Notes: generated by a model from the sequence alone, not told the origin. DNA of 64,000 nt from Octopus vulgaris (GCA_951406725.2 OX597824.1:98580001-98644000); one strand, 5' to 3'. Positions 41,714 through 55,487 are shown, numbered from the stretch's first letter. Made by a program: numbers and translations.

Positions 41714-42529
41714 TAATAAGAATTAAGATAATAAACTCAAATTAGGCAGTCATACCCATACAGTTATAAATTCGACTTGAAATACGTATTCATATATTAA
41801 TACACATCGACACATATGAATATTTTTTTTAATATTTATAAAATATAAATATATATATATAAATATACATAAAAATGCATGTAAATAAAAAAACATATGG
41901 GATACGTATGGAAGGAAATGTGAGAAAAAAAGGGCTGAAAGAATTGTTTGTGTTGAGAGCGGTTGAGAGTTTCGATTCAGAGTTTGGTGTGTTTTCGAAA
42001 AAATATATAAATGGTATATAAGGTATATAACACAGTTCGAGGAGGTTCACTTTCAACAGCCATTTCTAGAGTTCGTGCCCTGGTAGAAAAATTAATAATT
42101 CTTACAAACCATGCAGTCAATGTCCCCTTCATCAGGAAAGGAATCCTCAAAATTACATTCTTGATACTTTTTGATTCTTACAGAATGATGGATATATATA
42201 TAAAAACAAAAGAATTTTTTTTTCATACGTATGCAAATGAGTGGAGAGCATGGAATGGTGGGACAAGTACATTAACCTATTGAAACTTCATTCTGACTAA
42301 ACACAGTACAAAGAAATATTCACAATACTAACAGCTAAAAGGTTTTAAGTTGCAGGCACTCTTCCAAATCATCCAATATGTTTGGTTCTATAACTTTTCA
42401 AAAAATTTCACTGGAATTTACGACTACATGAGGGAATCGCATCAAAGAATTTATTTAATGTATTTAAACAATATGATCAAGGATAATGCACGATTCCCTT
42501 ATACATAACCCTATTCGAAGTAGCACTAT

Positions 42530-43010
42530 ATACAAAATATACAAAGCCCAGTATACCCATCATAACTATCCGTCTGATAAGGGTACACCAGGTACATACA
42601 TCACAACCATCTGTGCACGACATGGTGATCTCGTATTAAGAAAAACAGCGCATGACCTTGCAGGTGGGGCACAGTTAGAATTTTCTTCTGGTCGAATAGC
42701 CCATCCCGCTCAGAAGGTCCCTGAATAAGGGTTGTTTAAGGATGTTGAATGAAACACCCATGTTTCCAAAGATGAATTATTCAAACCTACAAGAATTCCT
42801 CGGGACATGGTCAACTAGTTAAGGTCAAACAACTGACAAGCAAATCTGTGGTATTGAGCAGAATATTTGCTGTAGCCCATCTTTTATACCAAGACAAGAC
42901 AATGTACATGATAATACTTCCAATCAGTTAAGATCAGAAGCCATGGGAGCAACTGCCTGGTACTGCATCAGGGCATTGCAAATCTGTGGTATTGAGCAGA
43001 ATATTTGCTG

Positions 43011-43011
<1 letters not shown>
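42530..43011 (-). mobile_element. Non-autonomous TAA-associated element (copy 1, internally deleted, with a short duplicated segment 42978-43011)
   Basis: High similarity to 46279-46466, 50047-50491 and 50595-50733; abuts (ATT)n. Confidence 0.8.
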
Positions 43012-43057
<46 letters not shown>

Positions 43058-43077
43058 CATTATTGTTGTTGTTGTTG

Positions 43078-43129
<52 letters not shown>

Positions 43130-43130
<1 letters not shown>

Positions 43131-44984
43131 CACTCAACAGATTAGACTGTTGGAAAAGAAAAGAATCCTAACATCGGCTTATAGCAAGTTGTCTTAGATG
43201 CCAAGAATCTGCGTATCGGGTTATAACAAGTAACCTAAGATGCCAAGAACCCTCCTAAGTATCCAAGCTGACCCTAATAACACTCTTTTCTGCAGCTGTA
43301 CTTAAACTGGGTTTTATATCTATTTCCTCTATCCATCTGTTCAGATCTTTAGGGATAGTTCCCAATGTCCCTATAACTACTGGGATACATTTTACCCGCA
43401 CTTTGCATATTCTCTGTAATTCAATGTCTGGGTCCTGGTACTTTGCTATCTTTCTATATAACTCTCATATTAATTTCTTCATCATTTGAGACTGTAAAGT
43501 CAATCATCTGGCACTTTCTGTCCTCTTTATCTCCCACTACTAAATCAGGCCGCCTAGCTTCTATTACTCTCTCAGTCTGAATGTTAAAGTCCCACAACAT
43601 CTTGTATTTCTTACTTTCTAGTATTTTACTATGTTCATCCCATTTATCAGTATGTTCACATCTTAGTTTTCTACATACCTCCCAGTGGATTACTCTCCCT
43701 TGGTTATCATGTCTTTTCTTGTATTCTTTCTGTACCAACATGCTACATTCACTTACTATATGACTAACACTTTCCTCTTTTGATTTGCATAATCTACAAT
43801 AGGAATCTACTTGGTTTTTGTCTATCTTGGCTTTTATCCAATTAGTCCTTAATGCTTGATCTTATGCAGCTTCTAACAAACTTTCTGTCTCCCTCTGCAG
43901 CTTTCCCTTCTGCAGCCATAACCATGTCTCACTACTACTATTTGTTGAAATTATCTTTGGGAATCTACCATCCAATGTATTCTTCTGCCAGTCAGATAAT
44001 TTCTGTTCTTTTTTCTGATTTTTAAGTTCGTTTGGGTTTTTGAACTCCCTACGTCTTGCTGTGACTCTAGCGGCCTTTAATAAACCCTCTTCACTATTAC
44101 CTACATAGGAGTCTATCTCTACTCTAGCTAACTCCACTCAGTCTTCTACTGATACTAACCCTCTTACGCCTTCCTTTCTTGGTAGGTATAATATTGCTAC
44201 TCCTGCCCTTGAGTGGAGTCCTCCATTCATACTGAATTCCTTCCTCGTTCTTCTGTTTAGCTTTGCTAATTCAGTTTTTGTTCAATCTACAAATGCTGCT
44301 GAGTATCTAAGCAATGATACTGCCCAAGTATTTACAGCCTTCACTAGATTCGAACCATTTATCTTTGACTTCATTAGCTTCCTCACTCTTATGATGTACT
44401 CCTCAACTTTCTCTTTCATTTCTGTAGTTAGTACTCTGTCAGATTCTAATACTCTTAGATACTCATAACCCTCTCCTTCTTTCAATGATTTTAATCTGGT
44501 GATTGGCTGCCTTTGCTGTTTCAACTCTTCTATCATTGTCCCAAATCCTTTCTCATTGACTAAGTATCTTTACTCGAGGGAAGATTTGCATCTTGTGCTT
44601 CCTAACTTGTTTGTTTTCCAGGCTTCTATTCTACTCAAATCTTGTCTTAAAGTCTTCACTTTATTTTGTAGTCTCCTCTTCCACATTTGCTCTTTGTTAG
44701 TCTTTCCTTGTGTGATATCTAATCTTCTGGTGACTACTACTCTTCCTGCATAGATCAATAAGTTAATGACTCCTATATTTCTAGCATCTATCCTACTGAT
44801 AACAGAAGCTACTTTCCTAGTCATTTCTAGTAGCTTCTTTCTGTTGGTGCCTTTTAATGCTGATAATCTTTTTCTTACTTCTTTACTCATTAATTCCTGC
44901 AACATATCTAAAATCTTCTGATCTTCCTCACTTAAATCACTTAAGTCGTTGGTGCCAGTTGTCCCTTCCTTATTAGTAGCGCTA
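43130..44984 (-). mobile_element. R4/Dong-type RLE retrotransposon (family B), decayed and internally deleted
   Basis: ORFs 43454..43741 (KRHD...LWDFNIQTERVIEARRPDLVV...IDF), 43862..44137, 44282..44536 (YEYLRV...AVNTWAV) and 44570..44905. The 3' end abuts (TAA)n. Confidence 0.85.
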
Positions 44985-45392
44985 TTAGTGAATCGAAAAG
45001 GAGTGATGTTTCATCAGGACAATGCGCAGCCCCACACTGCAAAGATCACATCATAGAAGATCGAAGAGCTTGGTTGGGAAAAAAATTCCTCATCCATCTT
45101 ATTCTCCCGACTTTGCTCCTTCAGACAACCATTTGCTTCATAGTTTACAGAATCATTTGGGGGACATAACATTCGCAAGCCAGGATGAAGTCGAAACTGA
45201 CATTTCAGAGTTCTTCGCTTTGAAATCAAAAGAGTTTTACACTGATGGGATTCAAAAGCTTGTAAATAGATGGAAGGAAGTCATAGATAATCAGGGAAAG
45301 TACATTGATGATTAAATTTCAATTAAATATAACATTTGATTACTTGTTTTCTTTATTCAAAATTCAGACAGAACGTACGGGATGACCTGATA
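44985..45392 (+). mobile_element. mariner transposon 3' fragment (DD34D) with right TIR
   Basis: HQDNAQPH...YSPDFAPSD with 34 residues between the Asp residues (one stop, one frameshift), ending RWKEVIDNQGKYIDD. The end CGGGATGACCTGA is followed by TA inside an R4 copy. Confidence 0.85.
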
Positions 45393-46278
45393 TAATACCG
45401 ACACATTATCCAATGTGGATATTGGCCAACTCTGTCATGTCTTAATTTGTACACTACAAGTGCTAAAACCTTATAACCAGAGATTAAGTGGTCAACTGTT
45501 TTTCTCCCATCGTTGCAGTATCGGCACTTTGGGTCTACACCATTTTTCATCACATTAGCTTGATAGTTCCGGGTCACTAAGCTCTGATCTTAGGCAGCCA
45601 ATATAAAGCCTTCATTCTCTGCATTTAGCCCTGAGCTCCGTCGCCACTGTTGGGTGTGCTTCTAGTCTACATCAGCTTCTTCGCTACGAACCACATTTTT
45701 TGCCATGCAGAGGTTTTTGTTCCCACCTATCAGCCAATTGTTCAAACGCATTTTGCTTTGCTATTGATTTCACCTTCTCTGCAACTACAGTATTATGCAT
45801 AAACTCACTTGAAAATATTTTGCTCTTCTTCATAACAGAACGAGGCTTCTTACGTCTTTCATGGTTTTCAACGTGTTTTAGCATCCAGTCGTTCGATGTT
45901 TCAAGATATGTTGCCAGACCAGTCGTGGTCGTTTTTGTAGGAGATTTCAAACTGGATGAAGCCGAACCTCCTTGAGCTCTGGACAGGTAAAGACGATCTG
46001 CGTCTGCTTTTTGGGTGGTTCATCTTATTGCAAGTCAGCAGCTTACGGATTTTCCTGGCAATGTTACTTATTTCACTCATATTCCTGTTCAACACATTGA
46101 AACTGTAAATAACAACTGGAACTGCGAAGGAATTTATAGCTAACACCTTGTTATGTGCATTGAACTCGGATTTTAGGACTGCTCGAACTCTCTTGTAACA
46201 CGTCTGCCTGATTTTCTCTTTCATACTTGCATGTTGAATGCCAGAGCCCTCATTTATACCGAGGTATTTTTAATTTTG
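45393..46278 (-). mobile_element. R4/Dong-type fragment (family C, second copy)
   Basis: TRNYQANVMKNGVDPKCRYC...HLISG...RHDRVGQY is close to the 52411..53283 ORF. Confidence 0.85.
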
Positions 46279-46466
46279 TTCAGAGATGCACATATCGTCA
46301 GCCTCTAAGGGACATTCTCAAGTGGTTATGGTCAAACAACTGACAAGCAAATCTGTGGTATTGAGCAGAATATTTGCTGTAGCCCATCTTTTATACCAAG
46401 ACAAAACAATGAACATGATAACACTTCCAATCAGTTAAGATCAGAAGCCATGAGAGCCACTGCCTT
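46279..46466 (-). mobile_element. Non-autonomous TAA-associated element (copy 2, 5' part)
   Basis: Matches 42820-42958 and 50398-50490. Confidence 0.8.
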
Positions 46467-46742
46467 ATTTTATTATTATTATTATTATTATTATATTTTA
46501 TATATTTTTATTATTATTTTATCTCATCATCATCTCCTCATCATCATCATCCCATCATCCTCATCATCATCATCATCATCTCATCATCTCATCGGTACTT
46601 TATTTTATTATTATTATTATTTTATTATTATTATTTTATTATTATTATTATTATATTATTATTTATCATCTCATCATCCTCTCATCATCATCCTCATCAT
46701 CATCATCTCATCATCTCATTCATCATCATATCGCATCAGGGC

Positions 46743-46782
<40 letters not shown>

Positions 46783-46904
46783 TTATTATTATTATTATTA
46801 TTTTATTATTATTATCATCATCATCATCATCCTCATCATCACATCCTCATCATCCTCATCATCATCATCATCATCCATCATCATCATCATCGCTGCATCA
46901 GGGC

Positions 46905-46979
<75 letters not shown>

Positions 46980-47020
46980 CATCATCATCATCATCCTCAT
47001 CATCATCATCCTCATCATCC

Positions 47021-47066
<46 letters not shown>
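46467..47066. repeat. (ATT)n/(ATC)n compound array with embedded GCATCAGGGCATTT element tips
   Basis: Direct reading; the tips lie near 46733 and 46895. Confidence 0.9.
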
Positions 47067-48255
47067 ATGAAAACTCTCAGCTTATTTTGGTGTGTATGAT
47101 GGAATGTGTCAGCTGACTGAGATGACTTTTATTTACTGGTCCTGCTTCAAGAATCCTGCGAAGAATTCTTGCAGTTCCCAGCAATGCTGATTTTTGTAGG
47201 TGTTCTACCTTCACACTTGTACCGATCATTTTCAGCCATGTTGGTAGTTGAGTGCTGAGACTTCCAAGAGCACCAATTACTATTGCTATCACATCTACTC
47301 TCTTCATTGACCACAACTTTCGTATTTCCCTCTTTAAATCGTCATAGTTTATTTGTTCTTTCTTCTTTCCCGTTGATCCTGTCATCACCGGGACATGCTA
47401 CGTCGATTATCATATAAGTTCTTCCTTTTTTATTCACCACAGCAATGTCCGGTTTTCGATGTCTGGTCGGGAGATCGCACTGAATCATTGCATCCCACAG
47501 GATTTTGTTCTAATTCTCATTCTCAGTGACTGAGGTTTGCTCATACCACGTCTTTGCTCTTTGTAGGCTGTGATCCCCACAGAGCTCCCAATGAATCATT
47601 CTTGCCACATTGCCATGGCGTCTTTTGTATTCGCGTCGTGCCAACTTCGGGCATTCGCTAACAATGTACCAAACCGTTTCACCCCTCTCACCACACATTC
47701 TGCATTTGTCGCTGTCAGTAGTGTTGTCGATTCTGCACTTCACACTGTTAGTCCTTAACGATTATTCTTGAGCTGCGCAAATAAGTACTTCTGTCTCTGT
47801 CTCTATCTTCAGGTCGCTCCTCCCTGTCCAGAGCCAACCGTCTTCTGTATCCATCTTGGCGCTCGTATCTCTTACAAATTATCCGTACATTTTTTTTTAC
47901 TTCTATGTTCTGTCTTTTTTTGTGTGTTCTTTTCCTCTTTAAATTTTTCTTTCATTACACAATTTTCAGTTTTGACGACTCCGGCGTTCTGCGCATGTTT
48001 CAACAATGGCTCCACGGCATTTTTTACATACCGACCCCTATGCTGTTTTCCTCTGTTTCGATACAATCTTGGCAACTGATCAAACCGCTCCCACCCTTTA
48101 TTCTGGACAAGTACAGCCCATTGGTGTCACACTTAAGGTGGAAGGCTCCGTTTACTGTCAATATTTTTCTTGCTTTTTTATCTATTTTCATCAGTTCTTG
48201 TTTTTGCCATTTTATAATTCCAGATCCATACCGAAGTGATACTATACTATCACTA
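47067..48255 (-). mobile_element. R4/Dong-type RLE retrotransposon (family A)
   Basis: CRMCGERGETVWYIVSEC knuckle, KRRH motif, and an RLE C-terminus matching 10621..10836. Confidence 0.85.
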
Positions 48256-48372
48256 GGATTTTATTCCATCCGGTCAAATATGGGCGCAACACCAATCTTA
48301 GTCTTCGGAAATATTGCATGTGTTATTATATTCCATATAATTCCATATTAAATATTCAATATATTATTATTA

Positions 48373-49965
48373 TGAACCAGACCAAACGTTCGCTTTTGTT
48401 TGTTCTGGTAGATTCTTTGAGAGTAGACACCAGCCTGCCGTCAGAGGCTTTACAGAACCTCTTTCCGTACATTATAAGCTTTGATATTCGGTTATTAATT
48501 ATCGTGGGTGACATTCAACATCCAATTACCAATTTCAAAATTCTAGCTACCCCCAGCATAGCAGTTTTAGGGGTTTGCTCTGCTCTCATGTCAATTCGGA
48601 TTTCTTCGACAAGTTTCTCAAACTTGGCCGTTAGTGCTCCGAATGCCCCTACAACTACTGAAATGACAGACACTCTCCTCATAGTTCACATTCTTGTAAT
48701 TTCCTCTTTTAGTAGTTTGTACTTTTCGATCTTTTCTAGCTGTTTGTCACTTATGTCTGGATTTCCAGATACTGCAATATCTATTATCTTAGTTTCCTTT
48801 TTAGCTTTATCTACCACAACAATATCTGGTCTCCGAGCCTTGATTAGGGAGTCACATTGGATGGTAAAATCCCACAATATCTTATGTTCCTTGTTCTCAG
48901 TGACTCCTTCTGGTTCATATTTGTACCATTCCCATGCTCTGTTCAGGCCGTACTTTTCACATGGCCTCCAGTGGACGAACTTAGCCACGTTATCGCGCCT
49001 CCTTTTGTAGTGCTTTTGGGCCAGATAGCTTCATTCACTCACAATATGTGAGATCGTTTCGTTTCTACTGCCACATCCTACTAAGGGGCAATTCGCTATT
49101 CTCTTCTATTTGGAACTTAGTGTAATTAATTCCCAGAGCTTGTTCCTGGGCGCTGCATATCAATACCTCAGTACATCCTTTCAGATGACTTTTTCTTAGC
49201 CATCTCCAAGTGTTCATCTTGTCTTTTCCTTTCATTTCTCTCAGGTATTGCCCATGCTGCAGTGGTTTCATTTTCCAGTGGTTTACTCTTTCTTCATCTT
49301 GTTTCTTAAATGTTTGAGGGAGCATCACATTTTCGGTTGGTATTTTATTGTTAATTCTAACAGCAGCAAGCAAGGATTCACTCGTTGACAACACAGATCT
49401 TGCATCCTAGGAGGCTTCTTCCTCCCCTCTTCCTAGGCACACAGTCTGTCAGTATCGCTTTTGGGGTGTAGCGCCTTATTGTCATCGCTTTTCTAGTTCT
49501 TCTGCCATTTCCTCGACCTCGTTCTTTGTCCACCTAACAACACCTGCACCAAATCGCATTCAGGAAACAGCCATGTGTTCCCTGTTCTGATTCTGTTTTT
49601 TCCATTGAGTCTATTTCCCATAATTAACTTGGTTCTTCTGAGATATTTTCGCCTAAAGCCTTCCTTCATTTCGCTTTCCTTTATTTTGTTGTATTCCAAG
49701 CTCCCCAGATATTTATATCCATTAATCTCAATATCCTCGATTTTCTCGCCGTTGAGTAGCTTTACTCCATCAGACGACACTACTTTGCCTCTTTCTATTA
49801 GAAGCAGACCACACTTCTTAGACACAAATCCCATTCCGATATCTGCACTGAATATCTGCACCGGTGAAACGAGGCCATTTATTTCACGTTCGGTCTTTCC
49901 AAAGATCTTTAAATCAGCCATATATAACAGATGATTTAATTTTCCTCCACTTTTCAAGGAGTGCC
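48373..49965 (-). mobile_element. R4/Dong-type RLE retrotransposon (family D)
   Basis: NHLLYMADLKIF (RT), YKYLG, ILWDFTIQCDSLIKARRPDIVVVDK...IIDIAV (PD-D-xK endonuclease); flanked by ATT repeats. Confidence 0.85.
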
Positions 49966-50046
49966 TCAATTATTATTACTATTATCATCATCATCATCAT
50001 CATCATCATCATTACTATTATAATAATAATAATTATTATTATTATT

Positions 50047-50488
50047 GAGTGAGAGAGCAGTTCATGCCATCGAAGTGACACTGGGGTAAAATATACGAAG
50101 CCCAATATACCCATCATGACTACCCGTCTGATAAAGGTACACCAGGCACATGCATCACAACCATATGTGCGCGACATGGTGATCTCATATCAAGATAAAC
50201 AGCACATGACCTTGCAGGTGGGGCCCAGTTAGAATTTTCTTCAGGTTGAGTAGCCCATCCGCTCAAACGGTCCCTGATTAAGGGTTGTTTAAGGATGTTG
50301 AAAGAACCACCCATGTTTCCAGAGGTGAACTATTCAAACCCCAAAGAATCCCTCTCAACACATGGCTATGATGCTCCCCCACTACTTCTGCTCGTGATCA
50401 GAGATGCACATATCGTCAGCCACTAAGGGACATGCTCAACTGGTTAAGGTCAAACAACTGACAAGCAAATCTGTGGTATTAAGCAGAA

Positions 50489-50491
<3 letters not shown>
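50047..50491 (-). mobile_element. Non-autonomous TAA-associated element (copy 3, intact 3' end)
   Basis: Ends ...CTGCTCTCTCACTC-AATAATAAT on the minus strand; (ATT)n on both sides; contains short ORF 50120..50314. Confidence 0.85.
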
Positions 50492-50569
<78 letters not shown>

Positions 50570-50594
50570 TCTTATTATTATTGTTGTTGTTAAA

Positions 50595-50733
50595 TGAGAG
50601 AGCAATACATGCCATCAAAATGACACTGGAGTACAAATATACGAAACCCAATATACCCACCATGACTACCCGTCTAATAAGAGCACACCAGGTACAATAT
50701 GTGCGCGTTTGGTGATCTCATATCAAGAGGAAC
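50595..50733 (-). mobile_element. Non-autonomous TAA-associated element (copy 4, 3' tip)
   Basis: Matches 50050-50200. Confidence 0.75.
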
Positions 50734-51313
50734 AGGTCCTAAAAGATAGAGAAAAGATAACGGTCAAGCTCGCGTCGATTTTCTAAGTTCCACTTGTAAA
50801 GGAAAGGGTGGAGAGAGAAGCACTGCCTCTCAATGAATTTGTGAAAAGAGGTTGACTTTAGCAAAAGGGGTTAGAGTGAACGACCCTACCCGAAGTATGG
50901 TGTCTGTAGTTTGGAGAACAGGAGAGAAGGTTCATACCTGAGGTGACCAGGGTAATCCTGGATCTGTGGGGTTCCTTGATTGGCCCTAGCTGGAGTTTCT
51001 CCTGCATCATTAATGTTATCACATCGTTTGTACACCGTGGATGCCTTCATCACATTTCACTATCTTCTCCATTTCTTTCTCCCCATCTTTATTGCACAGC
51101 CTCACACAAATTGTTGTCTGTTCTTTTGATGTCTTCCTCTTCTATGCTCCTGTGGCATACATGAGGAAGACACTTATTATTGTTGTTGTTGTGGTGGTGG
51201 TGGTGCTGGTGGTGCTGGTGCTGGTGGTGGTGGTGGTGCTGGTGCTGGTGCTGGTGGTGATGGTGGTGGTGGTGGTGGTGGTGGTGGTGGTGGTGGTGAT
51301 GGTGGTGGTTTCA

Positions 51314-51795
51314 TTTACGCTCAACAGATTAGACTGTTGGAAAAAATTCCTAACACCAGGCAACCACAAATAACCTTAGATGCCAAGAACCCTCCTAAGC
51401 ATCCAAGCTGTCCCTAATAACACTGTTTTCTGCAGCTGTACTTAAACTGGGTTTCATGCTTACTTCCTCTATACATCTGTTCAGATCTTTAGGGATAGTT
51501 CCCAATGTCCCTATAACTACTGGGATATATTTTACCCGCACTTTCTATAGTCTCTGTAATTCAATGGCTACGGCCTGGTACTTTGCTATCTTTCTATATA
51601 TCTCTCATATAAATTTTTTCATCATTTGAGACTGTAAAGTCAATCATCTGGCACTTTCTCTCCTCTTTATCTCCCACTACTAAATCAGACCTTCTAGCTT
51701 CTATTACTCTCTCAGTCTGAATGTAAAAGTCCCACAACATCTTGTATTTCTTAATTTCTAGTACTTTCTAGTACTTTACCATTTATCAGTATGGT
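51314..51795 (-). mobile_element. R4/Dong-type family B 3' end (second copy)
   Basis: Near-identical to 43130-43650. Confidence 0.85.
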
Positions 51796-51798
51796 CTC

Positions 51799-51981
51799 TA
51801 TGGCGAGCTGGCAAAACCGTTAAGCACGCTAGCCGAAATGTTTGGCGTCATTTCGTCCGTCTATACGTACAGGGTTCAAATTCCGCCGAGGTCGAAAAAA
51901 TAAGTACCAGTTATGCGCTGTGGTCGATGTAATCGACTTACTCTCTCACCCAAAATTGCTGGCCTTGTGCCAAAATTTAAA

Positions 51982-51985
<4 letters not shown>
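51799..51985 (+). mobile_element. tRNA-derived SINE with (ATT)n tail
   Basis: TGGCGAGCTGG (A-box-like), GGTTCAAATTCC (B-box), AATAAGTACCAGTT...GGCCTTGTGCCAAAATTT. Confidence 0.8.
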
Positions 51986-52055
<70 letters not shown>

Positions 52056-52249
52056 CATTATTACTTTATTTTTCTTCTTTCAAATTTGCTTCCATTTCTT
52101 GGCGAGTGTCTTCCCGAGTGTATTATTATTATTATTATTACCATTATCATTATTATTATTATTACTAACATTATCATTATCATTATTGTCATCATCATCA
52201 TCATCATCATCATTATTATCATTATTATTATCATTATTATTATCATTAT

Positions 52250-54525
52250 TTTTTTTTTCTTTCAAATTTGCTTCCATTTCTTGCCGAGTGTCTTCCCGAC
52301 CCCTAGGGCAAAGAAACTCATAGTATACATTGGTAGGCCATTAAACTAAACTCACTAGTTCGTTCATTTTTTTTTTAAGTTAAATTAAAATACATGGGTA
52401 GTAATAGTTCTCACATCGACAATGCTCTTCTCAATACGTGTGATGTACCAGTTAAGACAATCTTTTGCACTTCTTGCAGGGATGGTAAGCCAGGGATCAT
52501 TCTCATATAATTTTCGGTTCCCTTCTTGATCATTCCTAGTGCTCCTACTATCACTGGTATTGTAACCGCCTTGAGATGCCACATTTTCTCAATTTCAATG
52601 AGCAGGTCTTTATATTTTCTGAGCTTGTCAAACTCTTTCGCCGAGATATTATGATCACAGGGGATGCTCATGTCGATCAATAAGCAAACTTTATTGTTTT
52701 GGCCTTTCACAACAATATCCGGTTTATTGGCTTTGATGGTTCGGTCTGTATGTACTGGAAAGTCCCACAGAATCGTTACATTTTCTCCTTCAGTTACAGC
52801 TTCAGGGTGGTGATTATACCACTTGTCGGCAGTTTTGATATTGTAATGCCGACTTATTAGCCAGTGTAGATATTGGCCAACTCTGTCATGTCTTAATTTA
52901 TACTCCACTGGTGCTAAGACTTTACATCCAGAGATTAGGTGGTCCACTGTTTCAATCATGTCGTTGCAGAATCGGCATTTTGGGTCTGCTCCATTTTTCA
53001 TCACATTGGCCTGGTAGTTCCGGGTTAATAGGCTTTGATCTTGTGCAGCCAGGATGAAACCTTCGCTCTCTGCTTTTAGCCCTGAGCTCCGTAGCCACTG
53101 ATAGGTTTGCTTCTGGTCAACATCAGCTTGTTTGCTACGGGCCACATATTTGCCGTGCAGAGGTTTCTCCTCCCACCTATCAGCCAATTGCTCGTGCACT
53201 TTTTTCGTTGCCATTATTTTTACCTTCTTTGCAACAATAATTGCCGTACTTCCCTCGGGTTGTTCTGTTTGGGTATCCTGCACGAGATCAATAGCAATTT
53301 TTTTGCTTTCCTTTATGATAGAATGAAGCTTCTTTCATCTCTCGTGATTTTCCACGAGCCTTAGCATCCAGTCATTCGTTATTTCAAGATATTTGGCCAG
53401 TCCAATTGTGGTTGTTTTGTAAGCTAGTTCAAATTGGATCAGGCCTCGACCTCCTTGGGCTCTGGGGAGGTAAAGGCCATCTACGTCTGCCTTTGGGTGG
53501 TGCATCCTATTACAACTCAGCAGCTTGCGTATTTTCCTATCTATATTCTTTACTTCACTCATATTCCAGTTCAACACATTGTAGCTATAAGTAACAACTG
53601 GAACTGCTAAGGAATTTATAGCTAACACCTTGTTACGTGCATTTAGTTCAGATTTCAGGACTGCACGAACTCTCCTATAACATTCCTTCCTGATCTTCTC
53701 TTTCATGCTTGCATGCTGAATATCAGAGCCTTCATTTATCCCTAAACATTTGTATGTTTGTTCTTGCTCAAGCTCTCATATGACTGTGTCAACATCTAAC
53801 ACGACTGAATTTGTGGTCTTCACTTTCCCTTTCTGGAAAGTGGCCTTGGCACACTTCTCAAGCCCAAACTCCATCCCGATGTCATCGCTGAATGCTTTCA
53901 CAGTGCGCAATAGGCCTTCAAGTTCATTATTGTCTTTACCATAGAGTTTTAAGTCATCCATATAAAATAGATGGCTTATTTTTTTTATTGGCAATTTTAT
54001 ACCCATACCCTGTTCTGTTTAATTCACTTGTAAGGGGTATTAGGGCTATGCAGAATATTAAAGGTGAAAGTGAGTCACCTTGAAAAATTCCACGGTTGAT
54101 GTTTATATTCTTTGAGGCAAGTACTCCATTAGAGTGGTATAATTGGAGATTTGTATTCCACAACGACATATTGTGCTTCAGGAAGCTTGAAATCACAGGG
54201 GAAATGTTGACGATGTCCAGTGATCTCAAGATCAATGAATGCGGTATACTGTCGAAGGCCTTTTTATAGTCAATCCATGTGGAGCTGAGATTTCTGCGCT
54301 TGTTGTGACAGTTCTCAAGGATCATACGATTAATTAGTAGTTGATCTTTGCATCCGTATGAGCCTCGTTCTTCTCCATGAATGCATATGTTTTCTCCGCC
54401 AGGATAGATGTTAGGATTTTATACGTGGTGGATAGACAGGTTATAGGCCGATAGTTTTTTGGAAGGTTGGTTTTGTTACTCTTTGGGAGTAGGTAAGTAA
54501 TACCACTTGCTAACCATTCAACTGA
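52250..54525 (-). mobile_element. R4/Dong-type RLE retrotransposon (family C), 5'-truncated, frameshifted RT + CCHC + RLE
   Basis: IDYKKAFDSIPH, GIFQGDSLSP, LFYMDDLKLY, GGRGL, CRFCNDMIETVDHLISGC, RHD and KPDIVV...LIDMSIP...KLRKY across ORFs 53954..54325, 53776..54006, 53335..53706 and 52411..53283. (ATT)n on both sides. Confidence 0.92.
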
Positions 54526-54544
54526 ACTAGCTTACCGTGTGCGC

Positions 54545-54545
<1 letters not shown>

Positions 54546-54600
<55 letters not shown>

Positions 54601-54601
54601 G

Positions 54602-54678
<77 letters not shown>

Positions 54679-54707
54679 GTTTTTATTATTATTATTTTTT
54701 TTTATTA

Positions 54708-54786
<79 letters not shown>

Positions 54787-54867
54787 CATCATCATTATTA
54801 TTATTATTTTTATTATCATTATTTTTATTATTATTTTTTATTATCATTATTATTATCATTATTATTA

Positions 54868-54907
<40 letters not shown>

Positions 54908-55016
54908 CATCATTATTATTATTATTTTTATTATCATTATTTTTATTATTATTATTATCATTATCATTATTATTTTTATCATTATTATTATTATTATTAT
55001 TATTATTTTATTATTA

Positions 55017-55073
<57 letters not shown>

Positions 55074-55344
55074 TTTTTATCGTCATTATTATTATTATTT
55101 ATTATTATTATTATTATTATTATTTTTATTTTTTATTATTATTTTTATCGTCATTATTATTATTATTATTATTTATTATTATTATTATTATTATTTTTAT
55201 TTTTTATTATTATTTTTATCGTCATTATTATTATTATTATTTATTATTATTATTATTATTATTATTTTTATTTTTTATTATTATTTTTATCGTCATTATT
55301 ATTATTATTATTATTATTATTTTTATTTTTTATTATTATTTTTG

Positions 55345-55415
<71 letters not shown>

Positions 55416-55432
55416 TTTTATTATTATTTTTG

Positions 55433-55464
<32 letters not shown>

Positions 55465-55487
55465 TTTATTTTTTATTATTATTTTTG

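Noticed and set aside
46467-47066. TAA-to-TGA drift in retrotransposon tails as an ADAR editing footprint
   Set aside because: Arrays elsewhere drift in the opposite strand sense (ATT to GTT), so ordinary slippage explains it.
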